From Candidatus Hydrogenedentota bacterium (GTDB lineage Bacteria; Hydrogenedentota; Hydrogenedentia; Hydrogenedentales; SLHB01), in the NCBI GenBank assembly GCA_045863295.1, contig BTWA01000006.1, positions 64,001 to 128,000 on the forward strand: a stretch of 64,000 nucleotides of DNA, in the 5' to 3' direction. How positions within the stretch are numbered: position 1 is the stretch's first letter; every line of letters begins with the position of its first letter. Positions 9,944 through 19,424 of this stretch are shown in pieces. Position numbers and translations under genes: made by a program. The notes beneath the pieces were generated by a model, which was not told where the DNA came from, made no database searches, and saw only the letters and a list, made by a program, of their open reading frames with translations.

Positions 9944-11188
9944 ATGAGCGCTTTCAAATTGGGTTTTATTGGTGCCGGGTTTATCGCCCGCTTTCAGGCG
10001 ACCGCGCTAAAGCTTGTGCGCGGTGTTGATCTGGTTGGGGTATATTCAGTCAAAGGTTCAGAAGAATTTGCCGAGTTTGCGAAGTCAAACGGGCTGGGCG
10101 ATTGCAAGGTTTATGCGAGTGTCGCCGAATTGTGTAACCACTGCGATGCAGTTGCGGTGCTAGCGCCGAATTTTGCTCGATTGGACCTTGTGGGTGAAGT
10201 GGCCAAAGCGAAGAAGGCTGGAGCAAATCTGAAAGGCATCATGTGCGAGAAGCCGTTAGGCCGCACCGTGCGTGAAGCCAAAGAACTCGTCAAGCTTGTG
10301 CGGGACGCGGGTCTCAAGACTGCGTATTTTGAAAACCAGATTCACATGAAGGCCATTAAGTCGGCACTGGCCCAGTTGGCGCCCGTACAAAAAGCGATGG
10401 GACCGCTGACACTTTCCCGTTCCGCCGAGGAACATGCCGGACCGCATATGCCGTGGTTCTGGGATCCAACTCAACAAGGTGGCGGTGTGTTGTCCGATAT
10501 GGGATGCCACAGCATCGCGGTGGGATGGTTTGTATTAAATCCTGCCGGGACGAGCCCCACATTTATGAAGCCGGTTTCAGTGAATGCGGAAACGGCTTTG
10601 CTGAAATGGGGCACACCCAAGCACCGCAAACAACTTCTGGACCGCATGGGGGTGGATTACGCAAAAACACCGGCCGAAGATTTCGCGACCGGGTTGGTTA
10701 CCTTCAAGAATCCGGATACGGGACAAATTGCCAAGGCGCAATTTACGAACTCCTGGATGTACGACAAGCAGGGACTTCGACTGCTCATGGATGGGTTGGG
10801 CGCGGGATACGCCTTTGAAGTAAATTCTCTCAAGTCGCCGCTGGAAGTGTTTATCGGTGACGAGGCGGCCGAGGCGGTGGCCGATGCCGAAACCGCATTG
10901 GAAAAGGCGACCGCGTCACGGGGTTTGCTGACCGTCCAGCCAAACGAGGCGGATTTGTACGGATATGTGGATGAACTCGCGGACGCGATCGCCGCATTCC
11001 AGGAAGGTCGCGACGCGCTCCTTGACTTCGAATACGGCTTGGAAATAACCCGTTTGTGTCAGGCGTCGTATCTGTCCGCGGAAAAGGGCAAGGTCATCGA
11101 TTTGACCGACCCCGCGACGGACAGCGAGTTGGAAAAGTACACGTCACTTATCGCCCAAGGGCGCGGCGGCGAAATCCTTTATACTTGA
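9944..11188 (+). CDS. Gfo/Idh/MocA family oxidoreductase
   Basis: GFIGAGFIA Rossmann motif, MCEKPL, GGGVLSDMGCHS. Confidence 0.92.
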   Translation: MSAFKLGFIGAGFIARFQATALKLVRGVDLVGVYSVKGSEEFAEFAKSNGLGDCKVYASVAELCNHCDAVAVLAPNFARLDLVGEVAKAKKAGANLKGIMCEKPLGRTVREAKELVKLVRDAGLKTAYFENQIHMKAIKSALAQLAPVQKAMGPLTLSRSAEEHAGPHMPWFWDPTQQGGGVLSDMGCHSIAVGWFVLNPAGTSPTFMKPVSVNAETALLKWGTPKHRKQLLDRMGVDYAKTPAEDFATGLVTFKNPDTGQIAKAQFTNSWMYDKQGLRLLMDGLGAGYAFEVNSLKSPLEVFIGDEAAEAVADAETALEKATASRGLLTVQPNEADLYGYVDELADAIAAFQEGRDALLDFEYGLEITRLCQASYLSAEKGKVIDLTDPATDSELEKYTSLIAQGRGGEILYT

Positions 11189-11211
11189 CACTATTCGCTA
11201 TCTAACTTTGG

Positions 11212-11255
11212 AAAGGGGCTCTCGTACCGATCTCACGAGAGCCCCTTTTGTTTTT
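11212..11255 (+). terminator. Rho-independent terminator
   Basis: 14-bp perfect stem AAAGGGGCTCTCGT / ACGAGAGCCCCTTT with 9-nt loop, followed by TGTTTTT, 23 nt after the stop codon. Confidence 0.85.
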
Positions 11256-11632
11256 GGTGGGTGCCCTTGATACCGCCTGCGTAGGTCCGCAAACGAAGCA
11301 AACCGGCCGCTCAGACATAGGGGCAGCTGTGTGGGAATAACTACTGTGAAGCAATACCGGGTTCTTGCCACTGTACAGTTTCGGGTGATGGGCATCCACC
11401 CCATCCGGTACATAGCTCATATGCCAGTAGTTAAAACCTAGGTGGCCGAATTCTCATCGGAGTTCCCGGTCGATGTCCCTACCATTGCGAGGGACGGAAA
11501 GCTTCGGGAAATACTACGCCAAAACGGAAAGCCGGTAGCCGGCGACGAGGTAGTTCACTGAACCATTTCATTGTTGCCGTGAAATTGTGCTTTAATCCCG
11601 TCGATTCAACCGGCTGTTCGAGAGGAGCAATC

Positions 11633-12592
11633 ATGGGTGATAGCGTGAGCATCCAAGTATCTGGATTGCGCAAGGTGTACCGGGACGGTTTGCTTGGGCA
11701 ACGACGCATCGATGCTGTCAAAGGAATTTCGTTTCAAGTTCGAGACGGAGAGATCTTTGGGCTTCTTGGACCAAACGGCGCGGGCAAGACGACTACTGTC
11801 AAGATGTTGCTGGGTATAGTCAAGAAATCGGGCGGCGAGGCGCTACTTTTGGGAAAGCCTGCCGGCGATCGTGCCAGCCGTCGCGCGGTGGGATATCTTC
11901 CAGAAAATCTGCGCATCCCCTTGCACCACACCGGGGCGTCTGCTTTGGCCTACTATGGCCGTTTGAGCGGACTTTCCGGCGCTGAGATAAGGCGTCTGAC
12001 GCCAGGCCTGCTGGATCTGGTCGGGTTGAGCCAATGGGGAAAGACGCGCGTCAAGAAGTACTCGAAAGGCATGTTGCAAAGACTGGGTCTGGCTCAGGCG
12101 ATGATGCATGATCCCCAGGTGCTTGTCCTGGATGAACCCACCGACGGCGTGGATCCCGTGGGACGAAATGAGATCAGAATCATTCTTAAGCGGTTGAAAG
12201 AACAAGGTAAGACGGTCTTATTGAACAGCCATTTGTTGCAGGAAGTGGAACTGGTGTGCGATCGCGTAGTGATCATGCAGCATGGAGAAGTGTTACAGGA
12301 GAGCGATGTGTCGAGCTTGACGCAGCGCGATGGGCGTGAAATGGAAATGACGGTGTTGGCGCCGGATTCTGTTGTTGAAGCCGCGCTGGCCGGGCTTCCG
12401 TTTGAGCGAATGGGCCGCTCGACCGGCGGTGAATTGTCGATTGTGATTCAAGCCGATAGCCAGCGCTCGCTGGACTCCTATGTAGACGCGTTGCGTCGAT
12501 CAGGCGTCAGTATTACTTCTATCGTTCGACGCCGGCAAACCTTGGAAGAAGCATTTTTGCGGCTGGTCGGCCAGAAAGACCGCATTCCGTGA
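11633..12592 (+). CDS. ABC-2 type exporter ATP-binding protein
   Basis: GPNGAGKTT, YSKGMLQRLGLAQA, LDEPTDGVDP, NSHLLQEVE; SD GAGGAG. Confidence 0.95.
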   Translation: MGDSVSIQVSGLRKVYRDGLLGQRRIDAVKGISFQVRDGEIFGLLGPNGAGKTTTVKMLLGIVKKSGGEALLLGKPAGDRASRRAVGYLPENLRIPLHHTGASALAYYGRLSGLSGAEIRRLTPGLLDLVGLSQWGKTRVKKYSKGMLQRLGLAQAMMHDPQVLVLDEPTDGVDPVGRNEIRIILKRLKEQGKTVLLNSHLLQEVELVCDRVVIMQHGEVLQESDVSSLTQRDGREMEMTVLAPDSVVEAALAGLPFERMGRSTGGELSIVIQADSQRSLDSYVDALRRSGVSITSIVRRRQTLEEAFLRLVGQKDRIP

Positions 12593-14868
12593 GGCCGTAT
12601 CTAGCCATTATTCGTGACTGTTTCCACGAGGCGTTTTCTTCGCGCGTGCTTTGGATACTGGTGAGTTTGACTACGCTAATTCTCGTGGTTCTTTCCATGT
12701 TTTCCGTTTACGAGCAGCCGCCAACGCGAATTCGTCCTTGGGACTTTAACGATATGTTGGGGTTTGCCCGAACCATTGCAGGCGCGTCGGATGATGGCGA
12801 ACTAACTCCCGCCGATCGAGTTTGGGATGTTCTGGACGCGGATTTGCAAGCGCGGTTAAAACAGCGACTTGAAGACAGTGGCCGTGGACGGCGCCGAATG
12901 TTTGGTGCGGCGTTTGAACTGGCGGACGCAATTAGCGATATGGACGATCCGCAGTCGTTCTACGATCCCGAAGCCTGGAAGAATACGGAATTGTCCGACG
13001 AGGCAAAACAGTTGTTGGATAAGGGAGTCACAAGCTTATCGGAACCGGAGGTTCGGCATCTGAACGTGTTACTGATCTCAGATGCCTTTCCGGCAATGAT
13101 TGAACGCCGGACCGGATTCGAATCGCGATTGACATTTCTGGGAATGGATTCGGGCGATTCGCTTCCCATTCCGCGGGAGACGGTGATCGGCAATGTCATC
13201 AACTCAATCACGAGCTTTCTTGTAGGGGTCTTGGGACTTTTTGTGGCACTTCTCGTGACTGCATCCATGATTCCGCAGACGTATAACGAGGGGGCAATCG
13301 AACTTCTGTTGAGCAAGCCCATAAACCGGTCAATGCTTTTTCTTTCCAAGTATGTAGGTGGCTGCGCCTTTGTACTAATAAACAGCGTATACCTTCTGGG
13401 CGGCTTGTGGCTTCTCGCGGGTGTGCGGTTCAACTACTGGCAATCTGCCATTCTCGTTTGCATTGGTCTGCTCATACTACTCTTTATGATCTACTACGCC
13501 GTCTCCGCGCTCGCCGGCGTGATTTGGCGCAATGCAATTGTGTCTGTCGTGGTTACCATCATCTTCTGGTTTACGTGCACCATCGTGGGCATCGTGAAAC
13601 AAGTTACGGAAGAGATTGTGTTTGAGCCAAGTGAGGCGTCGCATGTGATCGCCGCGGGTGATCGCGTGGTCATGACTTCCCGCCAGGGCAGTGTCTACAT
13701 GTGGGAACCGGGAAGCAACGACTGGATGGAGATTCTGCGCACCAATACGGAAGCCATACCGCTGGTGGAAAACAGCGTGCTCGCGATTGCATATGATTCC
13801 GTTGGAGATCGACTGCTGGCCTTTCAAGAACTTCCCCTTGAACAGCTGGCCTCGATTGCCGGGGGTGAGGTTTCCATGGAAGGCGCGTTCGCCCTGATCA
13901 TCGGCCGACAGGAATTCGAGTGGGAGCGGGAATCAGGACCTGTGCTCAGAGATCACCCCCGCCGCATCATTCCCACAACGGAGGGATTGGTATTTGTGGA
14001 AGGCGCCGAGGGGCTGTACCGACTTGATACGGCCGGCGACGAACCTCGTTTTGTCGAGGTAGCACAAGAGCTGGAACTCAATTCCAATGTCCTCTACGCG
14101 TTGAATCCATCGACGTTGGCGATTGCCGTGGTAAATGGCCAGTTCCTGACCGTGTATGAGCGCGGTTCGGATGGATTTTATATTCAAACCAAACGTCAGC
14201 GCCTGGAGGAATTCAAAGCGCGCACAATCGCTTTTCAGCATCAAGCCGTCGCCCTTGCGGGAGAAGGCGTGCAGGTTCAAATACGACAAGCCGATACGCT
14301 GTCGCTTGCCTATGAGTTTGGACTTTCCGGCGATACCAATCCTGAAGAATTGCTCCTGACGACCGACGGTTCAACCGCTGCCGTGCTTGATGAAGATGGA
14401 AACCTTGGCCTGTATGACTCGCAGGGAAATGCGGTTTTCCCGCGTTGGATACCACAAGGGGATGTCACTGCGTTTGCATTTGACGTAGAGAATGCGTTGC
14501 TGACGAATGGCTCATATCGATCGGTTCTGCGATCGACAGAAAGCCGCGATCAAGTGGCCGAGCGCATACGCCCCCCGCTGACGGGCACGGAAATCTTTTA
14601 CCGCTATCTCGCTTATCCATTCTACGTCATTTTTCCAAAACCCAATGAGCTCAATCGGATGGTCGCTCATCTGCTATCCGAATTGAAACCGGAACCTATC
14701 GCGGCTGCAGGCTTCAGCATCGCCCCGGAGGCTGTACCTCCCACTCCGGCGACTACTCTCCCCCCCCCGGACCGTGACATGTATGTCTACGCCATTTGGA
14801 GCAATGCCGCATTCATTGGTGTTGCCCTGTTACTCGGTTGCATGTTCGTGTCCAGGAAGGACTATTGA
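12589..14868 (+). CDS. ABC-2 type permease with two large extracytoplasmic insertions
   Basis: GTGA overlap with the ATPase; GAIELLLSKPINRSMLFLSKYVG permease motif; TM helices interrupted by ~170-aa and ~390-aa soluble regions. Confidence 0.85.
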   Translation: MRPYLAIIRDCFHEAFSSRVLWILVSLTTLILVVLSMFSVYEQPPTRIRPWDFNDMLGFARTIAGASDDGELTPADRVWDVLDADLQARLKQRLEDSGRGRRRMFGAAFELADAISDMDDPQSFYDPEAWKNTELSDEAKQLLDKGVTSLSEPEVRHLNVLLISDAFPAMIERRTGFESRLTFLGMDSGDSLPIPRETVIGNVINSITSFLVGVLGLFVALLVTASMIPQTYNEGAIELLLSKPINRSMLFLSKYVGGCAFVLINSVYLLGGLWLLAGVRFNYWQSAILVCIGLLILLFMIYYAVSALAGVIWRNAIVSVVVTIIFWFTCTIVGIVKQVTEEIVFEPSEASHVIAAGDRVVMTSRQGSVYMWEPGSNDWMEILRTNTEAIPLVENSVLAIAYDSVGDRLLAFQELPLEQLASIAGGEVSMEGAFALIIGRQEFEWERESGPVLRDHPRRIIPTTEGLVFVEGAEGLYRLDTAGDEPRFVEVAQELELNSNVLYALNPSTLAIAVVNGQFLTVYERGSDGFYIQTKRQRLEEFKARTIAFQHQAVALAGEGVQVQIRQADTLSLAYEFGLSGDTNPEELLLTTDGSTAAVLDEDGNLGLYDSQGNAVFPRWIPQGDVTAFAFDVENALLTNGSYRSVLRSTESRDQVAERIRPPLTGTEIFYRYLAYPFYVIFPKPNELNRMVAHLLSELKPEPIAAAGFSIAPEAVPPTPATTLPPPDRDMYVYAIWSNAAFIGVALLLGCMFVSRKDY

Positions 14869-15710
14869 GTGCGACGGCTGCGTTCAGGTCGAAGCATAGC
14901 GAGCGTAAAGTGGTCCCCGTCCGGACGGACCTGGCATGGACACCCAAACGCTTCGGTCAAGATATCCGAAGTCAGTGTGTCCGATCGATTGCCTGCCTTG
15001 AGCACTTGGCCGCCTCGCAGCACCAACACGTCGGTCAGCCACGGCCCAATCTCTTCAATGTGGTGTGTGACATATATGATGTTGGGGGCTTCGGCCTTCG
15101 CTGCAAGCCGACGCAGATCATCGAGAAACGCCCTTCGGGCCCCCGGATCCAGGCCGGCACAGGGTTCATCCAGAATGAGCAATCCGGGCTGAGCGATCAG
15201 CGCGCGCGCGATCAGTGTTCGCTGCTGCTCGCCTTGCGAGAGCAATCCATATGCTCGTTCTGTGAATGAATGGGCTCCAACCGCCTTCAAACACTCTTCC
15301 GCCAGAGTTCGTTCAGCCGTCCGGAATTCACGGTACACTCCGAGAGAAGCTTCAAATCCGGATAGCACCACGTCCATGGCGCTGTCTTCTGTCGGGATCC
15401 TGTGTTCCAACGCCGAACTCACATATCCGATGGATCGTCGCAGAATGCGGACATCACACTGTCCCAGCCGATGTCCCATGACCTCGACGGTCCCCTCGGT
15501 CGGCCATTCATATCCGGTGATAATCTTTAGAAGCGTTGTTTTACCCGAACCGTTGGCACCCAACAAAGCTGTGTGGCGGCCGGACAACATGGTCCAGCTG
15601 AGTCCGTCAAGGATGATATTTCCTGAACGAATGAATGTCACATCCTCGAGTTTCACAGCGTTTGGCGTCAGGCCCACCCCTCTTCCCCTATCAGCGGAAC
15701 AAAAACGCAC
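14862..15710 (-). CDS. ABC ATP-binding protein (ModF/YlmA-like)
   Basis: GANGSGKTT, LSQGEQQR, LDEPCAGLD, VTHHIEEI. True start probably slightly downstream. Confidence 0.9.
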   Translation of the reverse strand: MRFCSADRGRGVGLTPNAVKLEDVTFIRSGNIILDGLSWTMLSGRHTALLGANGSGKTTLLKIITGYEWPTEGTVEVMGHRLGQCDVRILRRSIGYVSSALEHRIPTEDSAMDVVLSGFEASLGVYREFRTAERTLAEECLKAVGAHSFTERAYGLLSQGEQQRTLIARALIAQPGLLILDEPCAGLDPGARRAFLDDLRRLAAKAEAPNIIYVTHHIEEIGPWLTDVLVLRGGQVLKAGNRSDTLTSDILTEAFGCPCQVRPDGDHFTLAMLRPERSRRTQ

Positions 15711-16342
15711 CCAATGATATCTTCTGTAATGTAGGTATCGCCACGGCGTACCATCCTAATCAACCTTTGTCCATCCCGTGGGCCTACGGGGCATACAAGG
15801 CATCCACCTTCCGCCAGTTGTACTTTAAGGCTTTTGGGAATGCGGGGACCGCCAGCCGTTACAATGATGCCATCGAATGGAGCGAGCTCCGGCCAACCAA
15901 GGGTTCCATCTCCCACGTGCACACAGACGTTGTCGTATCCGAGGGCCACCAGGCGTTTCTGTGCCTGTTCCGCAAGTTCCACTTTACGTTCCACGGTGTG
16001 TACTTCGGCACAAAGTACCGACAAAATGGCACTTTGATAGCCAGAACCTGTTCCAATCTCGAGCATACGGTCGGTGTGACCTGGTTCAAGAAGTTCTGTC
16101 ATCATGGCTACCATATAAGGTTGCGAAATGGTCTGACCTTCGCCTATTTCCACCGGTTTGTCTTCATACGCCCGAGATTGGGCCGATTCGGGTACGAACA
16201 GGTGGCGCGGAACCGTCCGCATGGCATTCAGAACGTGGGGATCGGAGATTCCACGGTTCTCGAGCTGGGATGCGACCATATCCCGGCGAGTTTCCCAGTA
16301 CGGGTCGTTCAGCAACTCAAGTCTCCTGAGGAGCTTCGGCAA
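15668..16342 (-). CDS. pcm: Protein-L-isoaspartate O-methyltransferase
   Basis: VPRHLFV, GQTISQPYMVA, LEIGTGSGYQ, APFDGIIVTAG, FVPLIG. Confidence 0.96.
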   Translation of the reverse strand: MPKLLRRLELLNDPYWETRRDMVASQLENRGISDPHVLNAMRTVPRHLFVPESAQSRAYEDKPVEIGEGQTISQPYMVAMMTELLEPGHTDRMLEIGTGSGYQSAILSVLCAEVHTVERKVELAEQAQKRLVALGYDNVCVHVGDGTLGWPELAPFDGIIVTAGGPRIPKSLKVQLAEGGCLVCPVGPRDGQRLIRMVRRGDTYITEDIIGCVFVPLIGEEGWA

Positions 16343-16403
16343 TGCATGAAGATGGCCGAGGTTTTTTCACCCGAACACTTCAGTGTGTTGCACCTGTTGG
16401 AAA

Positions 16404-16688
16404 TTAAAGCGGAGCCATGCCAAGAAGTGTACCTACTAATATAGTCCGGGTTATCCAGAGTCCAACGACAGCGGCGAGGGGTGCGAAGTCCATGGGGCCG
16501 ATAGATGGAAGTACGCCACGCAACATAGATAGTAACGGATCGGTGACACGAGGGATTGTTCGCCACCAACCCGAACGCAAATCCAGCTCCAACCATGGCC
16601 CTAGCCACCGCAGCAAGATGGCGATCATATAAAGGGTCATGCCGGCATACAGTGCTCTGGCTAGCAATTCGAAGACGTTTATGGTCAT
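16404..16688 (-). CDS. yggT: YggT family membrane protein
   Basis: RVTDPLL...LRGVLPSIGPMDFAPLAA motif. Confidence 0.88.
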   Translation of the reverse strand: MTINVFELLARALYAGMTLYMIAILLRWLGPWLELDLRSGWWRTIPRVTDPLLSMLRGVLPSIGPMDFAPLAAVVGLWITRTILVGTLLGMAPL

Positions 16689-17245
16689 GGCTTTAGCTCT
16701 AACGTGTGCAATCGCGTGTACGTGGGACCACTTCGAGTCAGTTCACTGGAGAATAATGACACAGCGGTGACAGAAATGGAACCACAGGCAAGTGGAGCGA
16801 TACGACTAAACATGGGTTGCAGAGATTTGCCCGCCACCGCTGATCGTACACGCCCAAGGGTCACGTGAGGAGTGAAAGGCCTGTCGTCTGGCTCAAATCC
16901 CTCCGACTGCGCCGCCAATTCGGCCACCGACTGAATCGTAGCCAATTCCTCACCGTCCGTTTCAATGCCGGCCCAAATCACGCTGGGACGGTGGGTGCTG
17001 GGAAAAGCGCCAAGCTTGCGGACCTCAATATCAAAGGTATGAACATCGCTGATACCCGAGGCGAATTTCAGAATTAAGTTCTCCATTTGCTGGAAACTGG
17101 CATCCGCCATAAACCGCAGTGTCAAATGCATTCTTTCCGGAGGAACCCACGAAATGCCTTTGACACTTCGCAACGATTCTGTGTGGTGCCAGATGTAATG
17201 GCTTATGCTGTCTGGAAGCACGATGGCGAGAAAGGCGCGCATCAC
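16685..17245 (-). CDS. thpR: RNA 2',3'-cyclic phosphodiesterase (2H family)
   Basis: MRAFLAI start, two HxT motifs (HLTLRF, PHVTLGR), SELTRSGPTY. Confidence 0.93.
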   Translation of the reverse strand: MMRAFLAIVLPDSISHYIWHHTESLRSVKGISWVPPERMHLTLRFMADASFQQMENLILKFASGISDVHTFDIEVRKLGAFPSTHRPSVIWAGIETDGEELATIQSVAELAAQSEGFEPDDRPFTPHVTLGRVRSAVAGKSLQPMFSRIAPLACGSISVTAVSLFSSELTRSGPTYTRLHTLELKP

Positions 17246-17246
17246 T

Positions 17247-17924
17247 TCAAGCCAACTCGTGAACGATCAGCTCTCGCCACGCTTTGTCGTCCCAACAGAC
17301 TTCCGGGATGCCAATATCGGCTATTACGACCTTGCCGAGATAGGGTATTGCTTCGGGATTGGTGAACCCTACTTTTTGACACTGAAGGGATACCGTAACA
17401 TGCGCGTGGATACAGACATCTTCTGCTCGCCCGGTGTCGGCATTGAGTCCGGACGGCACATCGACAGCTATGGTGTACATATCTGGCCACTGCGCGATCG
17501 CAAACCGGTAAGGTTCCCTGGGGGCGCCTGTAAAGCCAGTCCCCAACATGGCATCGACAAGCGTGCAACAGCGATCCAGCGACTTCAAGGCGCGTTCTGC
17601 CTCAATTCCCGTACTCGCCAATGCAACGTATCCCCCCAATTTCTGGTAACTTTTCAAGAAGGTGGCGGCATCGCCCGAAACGTCGGATGGATCGCACAAG
17701 AGAATGACTTTAACGTCCATTTTGGCCTGCAGAGCCAACCGGGCGACAACAAAGCCGTCACCTCCGTTGTTGCCCTTTCCACATACCACGCCGACGGGTC
17801 CGCAAGGAATTTGACTAAAGACCGCCATTCCAGCGTTGTTCATCAGGACTGCACCCGGTATGCCCAGTACTTCGATACAGCGCCGATCGGCTTCTCGCAT
17901 TTGAGCCACAGTGAGCGAACGCAT
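17247..17924 (-). CDS. nnrE: NAD(P)H-hydrate epimerase (stand-alone YjeF-N)
   Basis: QMREADR, LMNNAG, CGKGNNGGDG, VDAMLGTG, AVDVPSG, ADIGIP; no dehydratase domain. Confidence 0.93.
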   Translation of the reverse strand: MRSLTVAQMREADRRCIEVLGIPGAVLMNNAGMAVFSQIPCGPVGVVCGKGNNGGDGFVVARLALQAKMDVKVILLCDPSDVSGDAATFLKSYQKLGGYVALASTGIEAERALKSLDRCCTLVDAMLGTGFTGAPREPYRFAIAQWPDMYTIAVDVPSGLNADTGRAEDVCIHAHVTVSLQCQKVGFTNPEAIPYLGKVVIADIGIPEVCWDDKAWRELIVHELA

Positions 17925-17970
17925 GCCTTCATGATAAACCCATGGGTTGGGCTTGGCAACTGAGCCTGCG

Positions 17971-19392
17971 TCAGCGGTAGGTCACCTGTATGCGGTACGT
18001 CAGTTTGGCGTCGCCGTCCTTGGGGATCGGTATGGAAAACACCGCGGTTCGCGCATCGCGCTTTTCGTGCGGGTGCGATTCGCTCAATATCTCCCAATCC
18101 CCCCCTACACGTTCTACAATATCGACCGAAATGTCCGTTTCCTTGTGATTTCGCAGCACGATTTCGAATTCTGATTGGTGTACGTTCGAGCTGATTGCGC
18201 GGTAGTTGACTTGCCGGCGTTCTCCGATGACATCAAACGCGTTGCCCATCTTGAGACGTACTGTTTCGTCCTTGGGAGTGTGCTTAATCCTATCTTCGCC
18301 GGAGAATTGGAGCATCCCTTCGCTATCCTCCTGGTAGATTCGCATGACGCCGCCCGGCAACGGGACACCCAGTTGGTTTTCTTCCTCATTCTCGAAGTTG
18401 ATGTAGACTTCCGCGTTCTGTTCCGGCAGGTGCCCCATCGGCTGGCTGTAGAAGTACTCCTCTCCCCTGAATTCATACTTCTTTGTTAGCTTTACGCCAT
18501 TGGCAGTCAAAAGGCTGACTTGCTTCGATTGATTCTCTTTGATAGTGGTACGGCGGGCAAGAGAATACAGGTGATACTCTGCGAACGACTCCAGCTGCAT
18601 AGGGGGAGGCGGCGCGGCGGCAGGAACGGCATAATCGAACGCGACCATGGGCATAGGTTGGTTAACCGGGGCAATGTTTACATCTCCGGCAACGAGCTTA
18701 AGCTGTGCATTTGTATAGCCGATTCCGGACTGATTGTTCAGGGTTACCCATCCTTCCACGTCCATGGAGGTTTCGTCATTTGAGAGGGTAAGCACGTAAT
18801 CAGCAGACCATGAGATTCCGTTGGTCAGGTAGGTGGCTTCAATGGTCTGATCGGCCGTGTCATTTTCGAGCAGCCATATGAGAGAAGGCTTCGCAATGAG
18901 ATTCTCGGGAATTTCAGGCAACACGACCTGACCCGGATGGCCCAGAAAGATGTCGTTTCCTACTTTGTAAATAGGCCCTTCGTTCAGGCTCAAGAGCTCG
19001 GCTTCGACTTCCGATACCGTGATGTCCTTGTCAAGATTGATGAGCCGCACCTTCTTGCCAACGTACTTTTCCATTAACTTGGATGGGCTCATGAGATCAT
19101 ACTCATAATTCTGTTCCAATATGCGAAGGGAGCCGGGCGAGTCGATGGATTGCAGGCTGAGCGACTCCGGCCTTATCTGTTGGGCGACGTCTCCAAAACG
19201 CAGCGCATGCTCCCCTGTGGGCAACGTCACTTTTCGCCGATCGCGCACCAGCGCCAGATTGTTGTTATACACCGTAACCGAAACGTCCGTCTGATCGGCT
19301 ACGGAACTCTCGGCAGGCGTATTGGATGGATGCGCCGACGCCGTGCAGACAATCAAAATAGTGGCCAGAACCGATACTCGCATCGTATTCAT
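17971..19392 (-). CDS. DUF4139-type secreted protein, paralog 1
   Basis: Signal peptide; VTVYNNNLALVRD, ILEQNYEYDL, YLTNGISWSADY, LKLVAGDVN, EYHLY, LGVPLPGG, GEDRIKHTP. Confidence 0.85.
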   Translation of the reverse strand: MNTMRVSVLATILIVCTASAHPSNTPAESSVADQTDVSVTVYNNNLALVRDRRKVTLPTGEHALRFGDVAQQIRPESLSLQSIDSPGSLRILEQNYEYDLMSPSKLMEKYVGKKVRLINLDKDITVSEVEAELLSLNEGPIYKVGNDIFLGHPGQVVLPEIPENLIAKPSLIWLLENDTADQTIEATYLTNGISWSADYVLTLSNDETSMDVEGWVTLNNQSGIGYTNAQLKLVAGDVNIAPVNQPMPMVAFDYAVPAAAPPPPMQLESFAEYHLYSLARRTTIKENQSKQVSLLTANGVKLTKKYEFRGEEYFYSQPMGHLPEQNAEVYINFENEEENQLGVPLPGGVMRIYQEDSEGMLQFSGEDRIKHTPKDETVRLKMGNAFDVIGERRQVNYRAISSNVHQSEFEIVLRNHKETDISVDIVERVGGDWEILSESHPHEKRDARTAVFSIPIPKDGDAKLTYRIQVTYR

Positions 19393-19424
19393 GGAAGTAA
19401 CTCCGATTTGCGTACCAAAAGGAA

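Noticed and set aside
11255..11330. Possible tRNA/tmRNA (minus strand ends ...CCACCA) or SRP RNA (AGGTCCGCAAACGAAGCA)
   Set aside because: No T-arm GTTCRA or cloverleaf, and the SRP helix-8 pairing around the tetraloop fails.
11202..11420. Two ~72-aa minus-strand ORFs in the intergenic gap
   Set aside because: No SD, both run through the terminator hairpin, and the composition is not protein-like.
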